From the IMG/VR virus record IMGVR_UViG_2700989102_000001, positions 42,328 through 106,327 of that record: a stretch of DNA of 64,000 nt, one strand, 5' to 3'. The stretch's first letter is position 1, and every line of letters begins with the position of its first letter. The translations under genes and the position numbers were made by a program. Of the stretch, positions 45,235 to 53,618 are shown in pieces. Under the pieces are notes generated by a model. That model did no database searches. It saw only the letters and a list, made by a program, of their open reading frames with translations, and was not told the DNA's origin. Origin of the DNA: a virus. Lineage: Duplodnaviria > Caudoviricetes.

Positions 45235-45449
45235 GCAATGACAAGGTCCGCCACCGCGGCAAACCTGCCGAGCCCTTCGCCGAGGTCGGCGCCCACGGGC
45301 GCATCACCCGCACAAAAGAGGATGGTCGGCTGCGCATCACCCCCAAGGGTCATGGACTCCCGGCCATGGCTTACGTCTCCTGGAAAGACGGCGAGTTCTT
45401 CACGTGGGAGAGGCTCGCCGACTTGACCTTCACGAAGGGTAAGCGATGA
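45231..45449 (+). CDS. Hypothetical protein
   Basis: Coupled ORF. Confidence 0.6.
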   Translation: MSNDKVRHRGKPAEPFAEVGAHGRITRTKEDGRLRITPKGHGLPAMAYVSWKDGEFFTWERLADLTFTKGKR

Positions 45450-45745
45450 AGCGGTGCGCAGCCTGTGACAACAGCCTAGAGGCGGATGAGCCGAGAGTCA
45501 TGGTGAACGGCGAGGCCCTGCACCCGTGGTGCGACCTCACGCCCACCAGCAAATACTGCGCCGATGACCGGTGCCATTGGTGGAGGACTGATCATGCAGG
45601 AGAATGCGTCGTCTGACCTGCGCAAATGGCAGCAGCCACTCACGCCCGAGGCTATCGAGTGGCTGTCGGTTCAGTTCGCGATCCTGCGCGATCGGTTCCG
45701 GCCGGCTAAGCCCAAGGTCCGCTACCGTAAGGAATTCTGGGAACG

Positions 45746-46546
45746 ATGATTGAGCCCGAGCGGATTATGTTCCTTGGGGACACCCACGGCAACGCGGGGT
45801 GGACCCGCCAGGCAATCGACTACGCGGCCGGCAATGGCTGCGATGTTATTGTCCAGGTGGGCGACTTCGGCTTCTGGAGCGATAACGCGGACACCGCCGC
45901 ATTCCTAGCTATTACCCAGTCACGCCTGGCCAAGCACGGCATCACCCTCTACTGGGTGGACGGAAATCATGAGGATCATGATCGCCTCGCGGCCCGCCCG
46001 ACGATGCAGAAGCCGCACCATCACAGGGGGCCGTGGAGCCTGCCCGACAGCCCGAATATCATCCATCTGCCTCGCGGCTACCGCTGGCACTGGTGGGGGC
46101 AGGCTTGGATGTCATTGGGCGGTGCGGCCTCGGTTGACCGCCTCGCGCGGAAGCCAGGCAAATCCTGGTGGCCGGGGGAGACCCTGACTGACGAGGACGT
46201 GGAGTTCGCTTCGCGGCCTGGCAATGTAGACGTCATCGTTGCCCACGACGCTCCTTATGGCGTGGACATCCCCAAGATCGGCATCGGCGAACCGAATACC
46301 GACAGCGGATGGCCCTTCGCCACCCTTCTGGAGTCTTCGGAGCATCGCCGCAAGGTTCGCCAGGTGGTTGATGCCGTCCGGCCGCGGCTTTACGTACACG
46401 GCCATTACCACCTCCGCTATCAAGCTTATTGCCGGCTCCCTGGCGGGGACCGCACGCTGGTGCAGGGGCTCGACTGCGATGGCACGCCGGCACACCTGAG
46501 CACCATGTTCCTGAATAGGTCTACCCATGAGGAAATGGATAGCTAA
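45746..46546 (+). CDS. Calcineurin-like metallophosphoesterase
   Basis: GDTHG, GDFG, GNHED, GGAASVD, HDAP, HGHYH. Confidence 0.9.
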   Translation: MIEPERIMFLGDTHGNAGWTRQAIDYAAGNGCDVIVQVGDFGFWSDNADTAAFLAITQSRLAKHGITLYWVDGNHEDHDRLAARPTMQKPHHHRGPWSLPDSPNIIHLPRGYRWHWWGQAWMSLGGAASVDRLARKPGKSWWPGETLTDEDVEFASRPGNVDVIVAHDAPYGVDIPKIGIGEPNTDSGWPFATLLESSEHRRKVRQVVDAVRPRLYVHGHYHLRYQAYCRLPGGDRTLVQGLDCDGTPAHLSTMFLNRSTHEEMDS

Positions 46547-46760
46547 GGCGCTACATCGGCTGGCGGTGAGAATCCATTCGGACGAGCATTCGGAAAGAAT
46601 AGTCATCCTGGATGAGTACGAGATCATCCGCTGCCGAGTGGAGATCGCCGGGGACGACTCCCACGGCGTTGACTCCGAATATGACCTCCTACCTCCGGGC
46701 TGGACGGTTCAGCAATTTAGGGATGGGGAGCAGATTTGGACGAGTTGGAACCCGGGCTGA
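46527..46760 (+). CDS. Hypothetical protein, paralog of 35410-35667
   Basis: RKWIA..L..LA.RI. Confidence 0.6.
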   Translation: MRKWIAKALHRLAVRIHSDEHSERIVILDEYEIIRCRVEIAGDDSHGVDSEYDLLPPGWTVQQFRDGEQIWTSWNPG

Positions 46761-47002
46761 TCGCCGCCTATGACCAGCAGGTTGCGGCGTGCGATGAGTG
46801 CTTGGATAAGTTTGTTGCGACTTTCCGGGCTTTGGCGTTGGTCTTCGGTTCTACGGCGACCACGATTGAGTTTGCGAATGATTTTGTCAGGCGCGCCGAG
46901 CTTGAGGCTAGCGGCGAGGCCACTGACGAGGATTTCGGCGTGAATGTCGAGTTTTTGTCGAACCTTTTGACGGTTGCTATCAAAAGATTGGCGCAAGTAT
47001 GA
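46736..47002 (+). CDS. Hypothetical protein, paralog of 39344-39550
   Basis: LIAAYDQQ...LLTVAIKRLA. Confidence 0.6.
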   Translation: MDELEPGLIAAYDQQVAACDECLDKFVATFRALALVFGSTATTIEFANDFVRRAELEASGEATDEDFGVNVEFLSNLLTVAIKRLAQV

Positions 47003-47208
47003 TCCGCCGACCCAATGGAGACATGGTAGGCCCGCGCGACAGCGTGATCCGGGAATTGCTTACCGGTGAAGAGGTGCCAGTCGAGGACTGGGTGATGGAT
47101 CAGTCGGAGTTTGTTGACACGAACGTCTGGCGCTACTGCAAATGGTATGACCTTCCCCCGGAATTTTGGGTCGACAAGATCTATGATCACGTCGGGGAGT
47201 GTGAGTGA
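46999..47208 (+). CDS. Hypothetical protein
   Basis: Coupled ORF. Confidence 0.55.
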   Translation: MIRRPNGDMVGPRDSVIRELLTGEEVPVEDWVMDQSEFVDTNVWRYCKWYDLPPEFWVDKIYDHVGECE

Positions 47209-47537
47209 TATCCATTGCCCTGGTTGACGGCCGCCCAGTCACCCCCTGCCATACGGGCTGGCTGGTGGATGACACGGTGACCAAGGCCGCCCAGGCGGGG
47301 TTGACTTGGACCCCGGAAGACGTGCATCAGCACATTCTGATCACGATGTTCGATTACCCTATACCGCCCGAGTTTCAGTCTCGCTATGACCAGATGAATG
47401 CAGATTTGAAGCGGGTGGGTGATACGGTTTGCCATTGCGGCGCTCCGGGCGAGCGATACGCGGGTAAGAGGTACGCGGTGTGCCCGCCGTGCGCCTATAG
47501 CGTGCATGAAACCTGCTATTGCAGCGAGGGCGAGTGA
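47205..47537 (+). CDS. Cys-rich hypothetical protein
   Basis: Coupled ORF. Confidence 0.55.
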   Translation: MISIALVDGRPVTPCHTGWLVDDTVTKAAQAGLTWTPEDVHQHILITMFDYPIPPEFQSRYDQMNADLKRVGDTVCHCGAPGERYAGKRYAVCPPCAYSVHETCYCSEGE

Positions 47538-48086
47538 ACGCAGTCCGCAGGCTTGCCGCCCGCGTAGCGGTGACCGCTAGCCGAAAGACCGGCCGCCCCG
47601 TTGACCCTCGCGTGGCCCAATTGGCGGCAGATGACGATTTTCTCCGTGCGTATCAATCGGAAAAGGCACGCAGCCCGGGGCGCGCTACCCGACGGCAGGA
47701 GTGAGCGATGAACGCGTTGGGCGACAAAGAGGTTTAGGCATGTGTCAGTTTTGTGAAGATTATAAATCTACGGCGTGCGCCCTATGGGATCTCCTCTTCG
47801 AGGAGTTACGCGTGGCCATTGAGACCCCACTTGACGTGTCGGTGTTCCTCGGATGACGCAGCCTAGATTCATGCCCGGTCAGCGGGTGAGGCGCACCACC
47901 GCCAATACCTCCCTCGTCGGTACCGTGCGCGCCACTGACGGGCATTCGGCCCTCGTTGCATGGGATAACGGAACGATGGGCGCGCAGCCCGTCTCCGAGT
48001 TGCGAGAGTCCTAGCGGACCAAGAAGGGAACAGCAAAAAAATAGACCCCTCCAAGCCTCTCAACGATGCTCAAACGGGAGGGGCCG

Positions 48087-48097
48087 TGTGGTACACT
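48087..48097 (+). promoter_or_regulatory. Extended -10 promoter for the RNA island
   Basis: TGTGGTACACT about 10 nt upstream of the first hairpin. Confidence 0.6.
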
Positions 48098-48106
48098 AGA
48101 TACTAG

Positions 48107-48310
48107 TTCCGGGCGCGCAACCCGGAAGGCGCGACAGAATGCCTGTATCCGCGTGGATGCGGGGGCGGTGGCTCTCCTGCGGGCTCCCCCATATGCGCTG
48201 GGGGCGCTACGGAGAGTTTGGGACACCGCGAACGGGAATTGGCGCAAGACCGGGAAACCGGGCCTTGATGCCCCCCGTTGGGTTCGATTCCCGGGGATTC
48301 TGCTTCGCGC
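48107..48310 (+). ncRNA. tRNA-like scaffold RNA with large structured insert
   Basis: Terminal helix, D-like hairpin, GGGGGC/GCCCCC stem enclosing ~100 nt, GGG-TTCGATT-CCC T-arm. Confidence 0.6.
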
Positions 48311-48352
48311 AAAGCCCAGGAGTGGTTGCCCTGTTGAAAACTAGCAACCTAC

Positions 48353-48424
48353 GCGCTTGCGGTCGAGTTGGAAAGACTCCTGGCTTCCACCCAGGTTATG
48401 CAGGTTCGAGTCCTGTCGAGCGCT
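48353..48424 (+). tRNA. tRNA-Gly(TCC), CCA not encoded
   Basis: GCGCTTG/CGAGCGC acceptor, CCTGG-CTTCCAC-CCAGG anticodon arm, GGTTCGAGTCC T-arm, U73. Confidence 0.9.
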
Positions 48425-48745
48425 CGGAGGCTTAAGCTAACAAGCCGCCAGAAACTAAATTAGCCGATAGTTGGCAGCCCTAGACGTTAAATCACCCTGC
48501 CCGGCGTTCGCTTCCGTCGTCAACCAGAAGCATGAACTTGGTCGGAGCTTTGTGGCAGCGGGGTGGAATTAACCCCAGGCCCTCCGACCTGGCCCTACCC
48601 CCGCCCGCCTGAATACAGGTAAGTCAGAGGGGCTGACTTCGAAGGTGGCGGGACTCAAAAGGGTTTACCCAGGACGGCCCACCTGGGGATCAAAAATGGG
48701 TAACGCGAGTTCCTGCCCGCCCCTCGCAAACAAGGGCGGTGCCGA
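48425..48745 (+). ncRNA. Pseudoknot-rich structured RNA
   Basis: Gene-free; three crossing-helix pseudoknots and a 3-way junction can be drawn. Confidence 0.55.
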
Positions 48746-48797
48746 CTTTAAGGAGGTCTTTCCATGCGTTAGGTAGCTAACAATGGAAGGAGCGGTA

Positions 48798-49097
48798 ATG
48801 AGCCGCACATACAGGGATCAGAAAAAGTATCTCTACAAACACCATCACGAAGTCTGCATGCGCAGCCATTTCTACCTAGACGATGGCTCCATGCGATGGG
48901 GTTGGCGCGCGCACGACTGCGAATGCGCCGATTGGTGGGACTGGGGCATGAAGTATTGCCCGGTTCCGAGCTGGTGGAATCGCGATATTCGTAGGGCGGA
49001 GCGCGCCTTCACCCGCAACAAGATGCAACGCGCCCGCGCCGGTCACATCGACTGGTCGGCCGTGGATGAAAAGCGCGGAGATGACTATTTTTGGTGA
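48798..49097 (+). CDS. Basic Trp/Arg-rich small protein (MSRTYR...W)
   Basis: AAGGAG SD, ATG. Confidence 0.7.
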   Translation: MSRTYRDQKKYLYKHHHEVCMRSHFYLDDGSMRWGWRAHDCECADWWDWGMKYCPVPSWWNRDIRRAERAFTRNKMQRARAGHIDWSAVDEKRGDDYFW

Positions 49098-49240
49098 CTT
49101 CTACTTCATGCCCTGCGCCGCTTGCGGTGGCCGGATGCTGAGGTCCAACATGACCGCCATCTACCCCGTCGAAGGGATGATTCACAGCCAATGCGCCAAG
49201 AGGTTTGCGGAATTGGGCTTCGGCGAGTATCCGGAGGTGA

Positions 49241-49438
49241 ATGATGGCTGACTACTTCACCCGCGGGGGCCGGGGGCCTTTCGCCTCCTATTCGGAGGCC
49301 GCGGAGGTTGGCGCGCCCCTTCTGGACCTTTCCACCATCAGCGAAGACGGCTCCGAGGTGATCCGCCTACTCGCCGATGATCCGGTGCTGTTCGCCATCT
49401 TCGAGCTTGGCCGGCGGCTAGGTGAAGAGGGTCTCTAG
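49241..49438 (+). CDS. Hypothetical protein
   Basis: GGAGGT SD. Confidence 0.6.
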   Translation: MMADYFTRGGRGPFASYSEAAEVGAPLLDLSTISEDGSEVIRLLADDPVLFAIFELGRRLGEEGL

Positions 49439-49529
49439 AACGGTACGCAAATCCCGAGGTGCTGCCACCTCTCCCGTTAAGTCGGTCGGATTGCGTCGGC
49501 TGGCCCCCGCCGACTGAAGTGGGGCGGTG

Positions 49530-49601
49530 TGGCCCGTAGCTCAATTGGCAGAGCGGCCGGCGGTAATTCGGCGCGTCTCGGTTCGAGTCCGGGCGGGCTA
49601 C
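49530..49601 (+). tRNA. Atypical tRNA, anticodon GTA (Tyr-reading), G33, short variable loop
   Basis: TAGCTCAATTGGCAGAGC D-arm, GCCGG-CGGTAAT-TCGGC, CTCGG-TTCGAGT-CCGGG. Confidence 0.75.
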
Positions 49602-49617
49602 CTACTTTTCCTGTGAG

Positions 49618-50064
49618 GTGTCGATGATCCGGCCGGAAATCAGTGTAGAAAAAAGCCTGTGGTGCATCGCCCTGCCGGGGGTGCCTATCGCGGCCGAGGC
49701 GTGGTTCTGCGATACCTGCGTGACCGATTTTATCGACGCTGCCCGCGAGTACGCGTGGGATTGGACGGATCACCTGCACCGGGCGCCGAACCACGAGCAG
49801 AACGCCGACCTGGTGTGCTTCATTCAAGCCTCCACCGACCGGCAACTCCGGAATTGGGTTTTCTCGGGTCTACGGTGCGTCTGTGGGGATGTTTACGAGG
49901 ATCACGAGCCCAAAGACCTCTCGGTCCCGTTGGTGAACGATAATCCGCTCTACCCGATCCCGAACGGCTCGGTTTCGACTATCGCCACCACCAAGCCTTT
50001 CTCCACCTACGATATCGCCGCCTGCCACTGCGGCTGCACGATTTTTGATTTGTTGACCGACTAG
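49618..50064 (+). CDS. Antitoxin-like (HicB-like fold) protein with C-terminal Cys motifs
   Basis: LPGVPIAAE...IDAAREYA.DW..HL..APNH..N..LV resembles actinobacterial antitoxin C-domains (recalled, not searched). Confidence 0.55.
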   Translation: MSMIRPEISVEKSLWCIALPGVPIAAEAWFCDTCVTDFIDAAREYAWDWTDHLHRAPNHEQNADLVCFIQASTDRQLRNWVFSGLRCVCGDVYEDHEPKDLSVPLVNDNPLYPIPNGSVSTIATTKPFSTYDIAACHCGCTIFDLLTD

Positions 50065-50070
50065 GGGAAC

Positions 50071-50481
50071 ATGTCTGTCTACGATGAGGCTGTAGAGCTT
50101 CTGAGGAACAATATCGGGTCGCTACCCGATGAAGACTTCGGCCATCTCAACCTTTTTCCATTCACGTACGAATCCGACGAGACCAACGGCATCAAACTCA
50201 AGGTTTGCATGGCCATCGTGAAGCTTCTCCAGGATCACGGCTTTCTCGCCGCGGACGACGCCAAACCGCTCGACACGAGTCGTTCGGTGCGGGTGGCCTG
50301 TCAGTCCTGCGATACCGCATTGTTCAGCGTGGTGGCAGGGGAGTCGAGCGCGCTGGTGCCGGCGTCGTACTTGATTCAGCAGGTGGGCCGCTTGGACCCG
50401 AATTGCCCGCACAAGCCGATGACGCTGGATGATCAGCGCCGGCTGATTCAAGAGGCACTCGAGGAAGCGGGGAAGCAGTGA
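50071..50481 (+). CDS. Hypothetical protein
   Basis: SD plus 136-aa ORF. Confidence 0.65.
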   Translation: MSVYDEAVELLRNNIGSLPDEDFGHLNLFPFTYESDETNGIKLKVCMAIVKLLQDHGFLAADDAKPLDTSRSVRVACQSCDTALFSVVAGESSALVPASYLIQQVGRLDPNCPHKPMTLDDQRRLIQEALEEAGKQ

Positions 50482-50699
50482 ACGAAGAAGAAAAGCTCCA
50501 GATGATGGGCTCATTGATGAGCCGGATGACCGCGGCATCGGCCGAGGAAGCCCGCTTCACCGATGAGCAGATTGCAGCCCTAGTGGAGATCTTTATCCCA
50601 CGGTTTGTAACCGGTGCTCCAGGGGTTGCCCCCGCCAAGTTGTCTTGCACGGTCGATAGGGATGAAAAAGGTTGGACGATCCGGATCGACAAGCCGTGA
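50478..50699 (+). CDS. Hypothetical protein
   Basis: Coupled ORF. Confidence 0.6.
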   Translation: MNEEEKLQMMGSLMSRMTAASAEEARFTDEQIAALVEIFIPRFVTGAPGVAPAKLSCTVDRDEKGWTIRIDKP

Positions 50700-50901
50700 A
50701 CACGATAGCGATGATCTGGCACGATCTGGTGCTTCGGCACGGCGATGCGTGGGTCGAGTTGAATTTCAGCAAGGCCTCCCGCAGATTCGGCACCGTCATC
50801 GAGTGCCCATGCGGTAAGCGGTGGCTTTCTCGCATGCCTTGGTTCCGGCGCTAGAGTTCCACCCGCTTTGAGGGGTCGCATCCAAGCGGGTCTCGAATGG
50901 C

Positions 50902-51111
50902 CTAGGCCACTTTGAAGTCGGCAATGATTTGGCAGTATTCACACAGCCATTTGTTGTCGGTGGCCGCGCCCACGTAGATGACGCGGTTACATTCTGAGCA
51001 GCGGGGCTTTCCCGCCTCGACGGACGCCGCATGCAATGGTGGGCATGCGGCGCGCCTGTTGAGACACTGCCAATAAGGCTCACCGCATGACGGGCATCGC
51101 TTGGCCATCAA
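50902..51111 (-). CDS. Small zinc-finger protein
   Basis: CPSC, CSEC, CEYC. Confidence 0.6.
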   Translation of the reverse strand: MMAKRCPSCGEPYWQCLNRRAACPPLHAASVEAGKPRCSECNRVIYVGAATDNKWLCEYCQIIADFKVA

Positions 51112-51257
51112 TCCACCTCACCACTCCAGCACCCGAAGCAGTACAACTCGTCGGGCGCGTCCGTCCAGACCTCTCGGGGCGCGTAGGCGATGGGATATCC
51201 GCACCGCTGGCACTTGACCTCGTAGTCGTCTTCAGTGAGGGCGGGCGCCTTGTCCAT

Positions 51258-51425
51258 TTAGTCCCCCACTTTCGCCAGGATTGCCAGTGCGTCTGCCATG
51301 CCGCTGGCCCGCCCCCCGCTGACTAGGCAGTCCTCCTTGTCGCCGCGGGCTGCGGCCGCTTCGCAGAAGCGAAGCCACTTCACGCGCTCAGCGTTGATCA
51401 GGTCTATTGCATCGCTCAAGGTCAT
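51258..51425 (-). CDS. Hypothetical protein
   Basis: GAGGAG SD; MTLSDAIDL. Confidence 0.55.
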   Translation of the reverse strand: MTLSDAIDLINAERVKWLRFCEAAAARGDKEDCLVSGGRASGMADALAILAKVGD

Positions 51426-51477
51426 CGGGTCTCTCCTCGCAGCGCGAGCTCGGTAGCAGCGGTCTTGTGCGGGTACG

Positions 51478-51774
51478 TCATGGGCGTCTACCAATAACCT
51501 TCGTCAGAGCGTGCTTGATCGCGACGCGCTTCGCGGCCTCCCGCGAAGCGCCTCCGTTCAGAAGGCCGGAGAACTTAACCTGACTAAAGTCCTCATCCAG
51601 GAGTTCCGCCTCGGCTACCCAACAATCCGCATACCGGTCGGGCCCGGTCACCGTCAGCCTGACCATTCCGTGGTCTCGCTCGATGAACGCGACCGAGGCC
51701 GTCTCGTGGTCGCGCCACATCAGTTCGTTCACAACCTCACCCCGTAGGTCTATTGCATCGCTCCATGCGCTCAT
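51478..51774 (-). CDS. Hypothetical protein
   Basis: TGATG-coupled to ftsK. Confidence 0.6.
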   Translation of the reverse strand: MSAWSDAIDLRGEVVNELMWRDHETASVAFIERDHGMVRLTVTGPDRYADCWVAEAELLDEDFSQVKFSGLLNGGASREAAKRVAIKHALTKVIGRRP

Positions 51775-53102
51775 CAGATCTCCCTCAATGCCTGATCCCG
51801 CAGGACCTTCAATTGCCCGGCGAGATAGAGCAGGGTGTCCGCCGCGTGCCCCAGCATTTCCGGGGTGCGGGTGAACATGTCCAGCTTCTTGTTTCTCCCG
51901 GGGTACTTTCCTTCGAGGCTTTCCATCTCCGTCAGGAAGCCTCCGTGGTGATGCCCCGCCATTTCGGCGGTCTCGATCAACTGGTCGAGGAAGAATTTCA
52001 CCGGCACCATATTCGCGAGATCCTCCGGTTCGGGGTTGAGCTCGCGCACCTTCTCTTCTACTCGCGCGGTCACCCGAACGTTGTTGACCGCGGCCTCGAT
52101 CTCCCCATCGGAGACGAACGCGCCCTGTATCCGGATGGCGCTGCGCGCCCCCACCGGCAGGAATAACCCGTCACCCATTCCCATGAGCTGCTCGGCTCCG
52201 CCCTCGTCCAGGATCACCCGGCTATCGGTGAGGGACGCTGTGGCGAACGACAGCCGCGAGGGCACGTTGCTCTTGATGAGGCCCGTCACCACATCCACGG
52301 AGGGCCGCTGCGTCGCCAGGACGAGATGAATGCCGGCCGCACGCGCCTTCTGCGCGATGCGGACAATGTTGGCCTCAACCTCTTTCTTGTAGCCACCCAT
52401 CATGAGGTCCGCGAGTTCATCCACCACTACCACGATGTAGGGGAGTCCGAGTTTCTCGGCGTGGCGCACGCCAGCCTCCTGCATCTGCCGGTATCGGTCG
52501 TCCATCTCTACGGTGAGCCACCGCAGCGTTTTCACCGCCTCGTCAGCCTCTGTAACCACGGGCTGGAGAAGGTGGGGGATACCGTTGTACGGGGTGAGCT
52601 CGACACATTTGGGGTCGATCATGATGAGTTTGACCCGATCAGGGGTCGCCCGGTAGAGCAGCGAAACCAGCATTGAGTTGATGAAGCTGGACTTGCCCGA
52701 TCCGGTCGCGCCAGCCACCAGCAGATGCGGCATCTTGGCCAGGTTCAGGGAGACGTCCTTACCCTCGACGTCCTTGCCCACTGCCACGGTCAACGGATGG
52801 TCATCCTCGGGAACGATGTGCTGCAACCGCACAGTCTGCCGTTCCGGCCGGGGGAGCTCGATTCCTACGGCTGTTTTCCCGGGGATGGGGGCAACCACCC
52901 GCACGCTCTCCGTTGCGAGCGCGTAGGCCAACTGGGACTGCAGTTGTGCGACTTTCTGGATGCGCACACCCGGCCCCAGTGTGATCTCGTAGCGTGTGAC
53001 GCTCGGTCCATCGGTGCGGCCGGTGACCTTGGCCTCGATGTCGAACTCTCGGAGTGCGGAGATGATCTGTGCCGAGATGTCCTGCTCAAGCATTGCGGTC
53101 AT
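51774..53102 (-). CDS. ftsK: FtsK/SpoIIIE-like DNA translocase (motor domains only)
   Basis: GPSVTRYEI, PHLLVAGATGSGKS, IDPK, VVDELADLM, LATQRPS; no N-terminal TM region. Confidence 0.95.
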   Translation of the reverse strand: MTAMLEQDISAQIISALREFDIEAKVTGRTDGPSVTRYEITLGPGVRIQKVAQLQSQLAYALATESVRVVAPIPGKTAVGIELPRPERQTVRLQHIVPEDDHPLTVAVGKDVEGKDVSLNLAKMPHLLVAGATGSGKSSFINSMLVSLLYRATPDRVKLIMIDPKCVELTPYNGIPHLLQPVVTEADEAVKTLRWLTVEMDDRYRQMQEAGVRHAEKLGLPYIVVVVDELADLMMGGYKKEVEANIVRIAQKARAAGIHLVLATQRPSVDVVTGLIKSNVPSRLSFATASLTDSRVILDEGGAEQLMGMGDGLFLPVGARSAIRIQGAFVSDGEIEAAVNNVRVTARVEEKVRELNPEPEDLANMVPVKFFLDQLIETAEMAGHHHGGFLTEMESLEGKYPGRNKKLDMFTRTPEMLGHAADTLLYLAGQLKVLRDQALREI

Positions 53103-53214
53103 TTGCCCGCCTCCAGTCGAAGGTGATCGGCGCGGCGGCGTACGCCTCCAGCCGGGGATGCTCTAGACTGTGTTGCGACATTGGTAAGACTCTCTCTCGT
53201 GTGTGCCGGTGTCG

Positions 53215-53252
53215 GGTGCCGTCCGATTGCCGTCGGGCGGCACCGCCTTTTT
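53215..53252 (+). terminator. Intrinsic terminator, plus strand
   Basis: GGTGCCGTCCGA / TCGGGCGGCACC stem then TTTTT. Confidence 0.6.
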
Positions 53253-53333
53253 ATGCGTCGCTCTTGACGCCGTGGTAGATGCGGTCGGCGCACGCCCGCG
53301 CATTGCTGCAACTTTCGATCCGCACGGGGTCTA

Positions 53334-53618
53334 TCACGCCCCCGCCTCCGAGGCGAACAGGGATCGGGGCGCGGCCCAGTCCCAGCGGGCGCACTCGGCG
53401 CAGGGCTCAGGTTCGGCTCGCCGTGCATCCTCCAGGGAGGCCCGTAGTGAGTCCACTTCTTCCCGTAGCTCCTCGATCAGGCACTTGGCGTCATGTTGCT
53501 TGTGGCGCAGCTCGGCGGTGTACTCGGCCAGTGCCCGATGGTCGACGCCCATGAATTCCTCAACCCATGCGGCAGTGAGGCGCGGCACGTCCTCGGCGCG
53601 CGTGTAGTGCTCGCTCAC
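53334..53618 (-). CDS. Coiled-coil hypothetical protein
   Basis: GTGA-coupled to ku. Confidence 0.6.
   Translation of the reverse strand: MSEHYTRAEDVPRLTAAWVEEFMGVDHRALAEYTAELRHKQHDAKCLIEELREEVDSLRASLEDARRAEPEPCAECARWDWAAPRSLFASEAGA

Noticed and set aside
48425-48745. tmRNA (AAATTA-GCC GAT AGT TGG CAG CCC TAG reads ADSWQP, plus pseudoknots)
   Set aside because: No alanyl acceptor with G3-U70 and CCA, and the tag lacks a hydrophobic AA C-terminus; resemblance to the mycobacterial ADS.. tag may be chance
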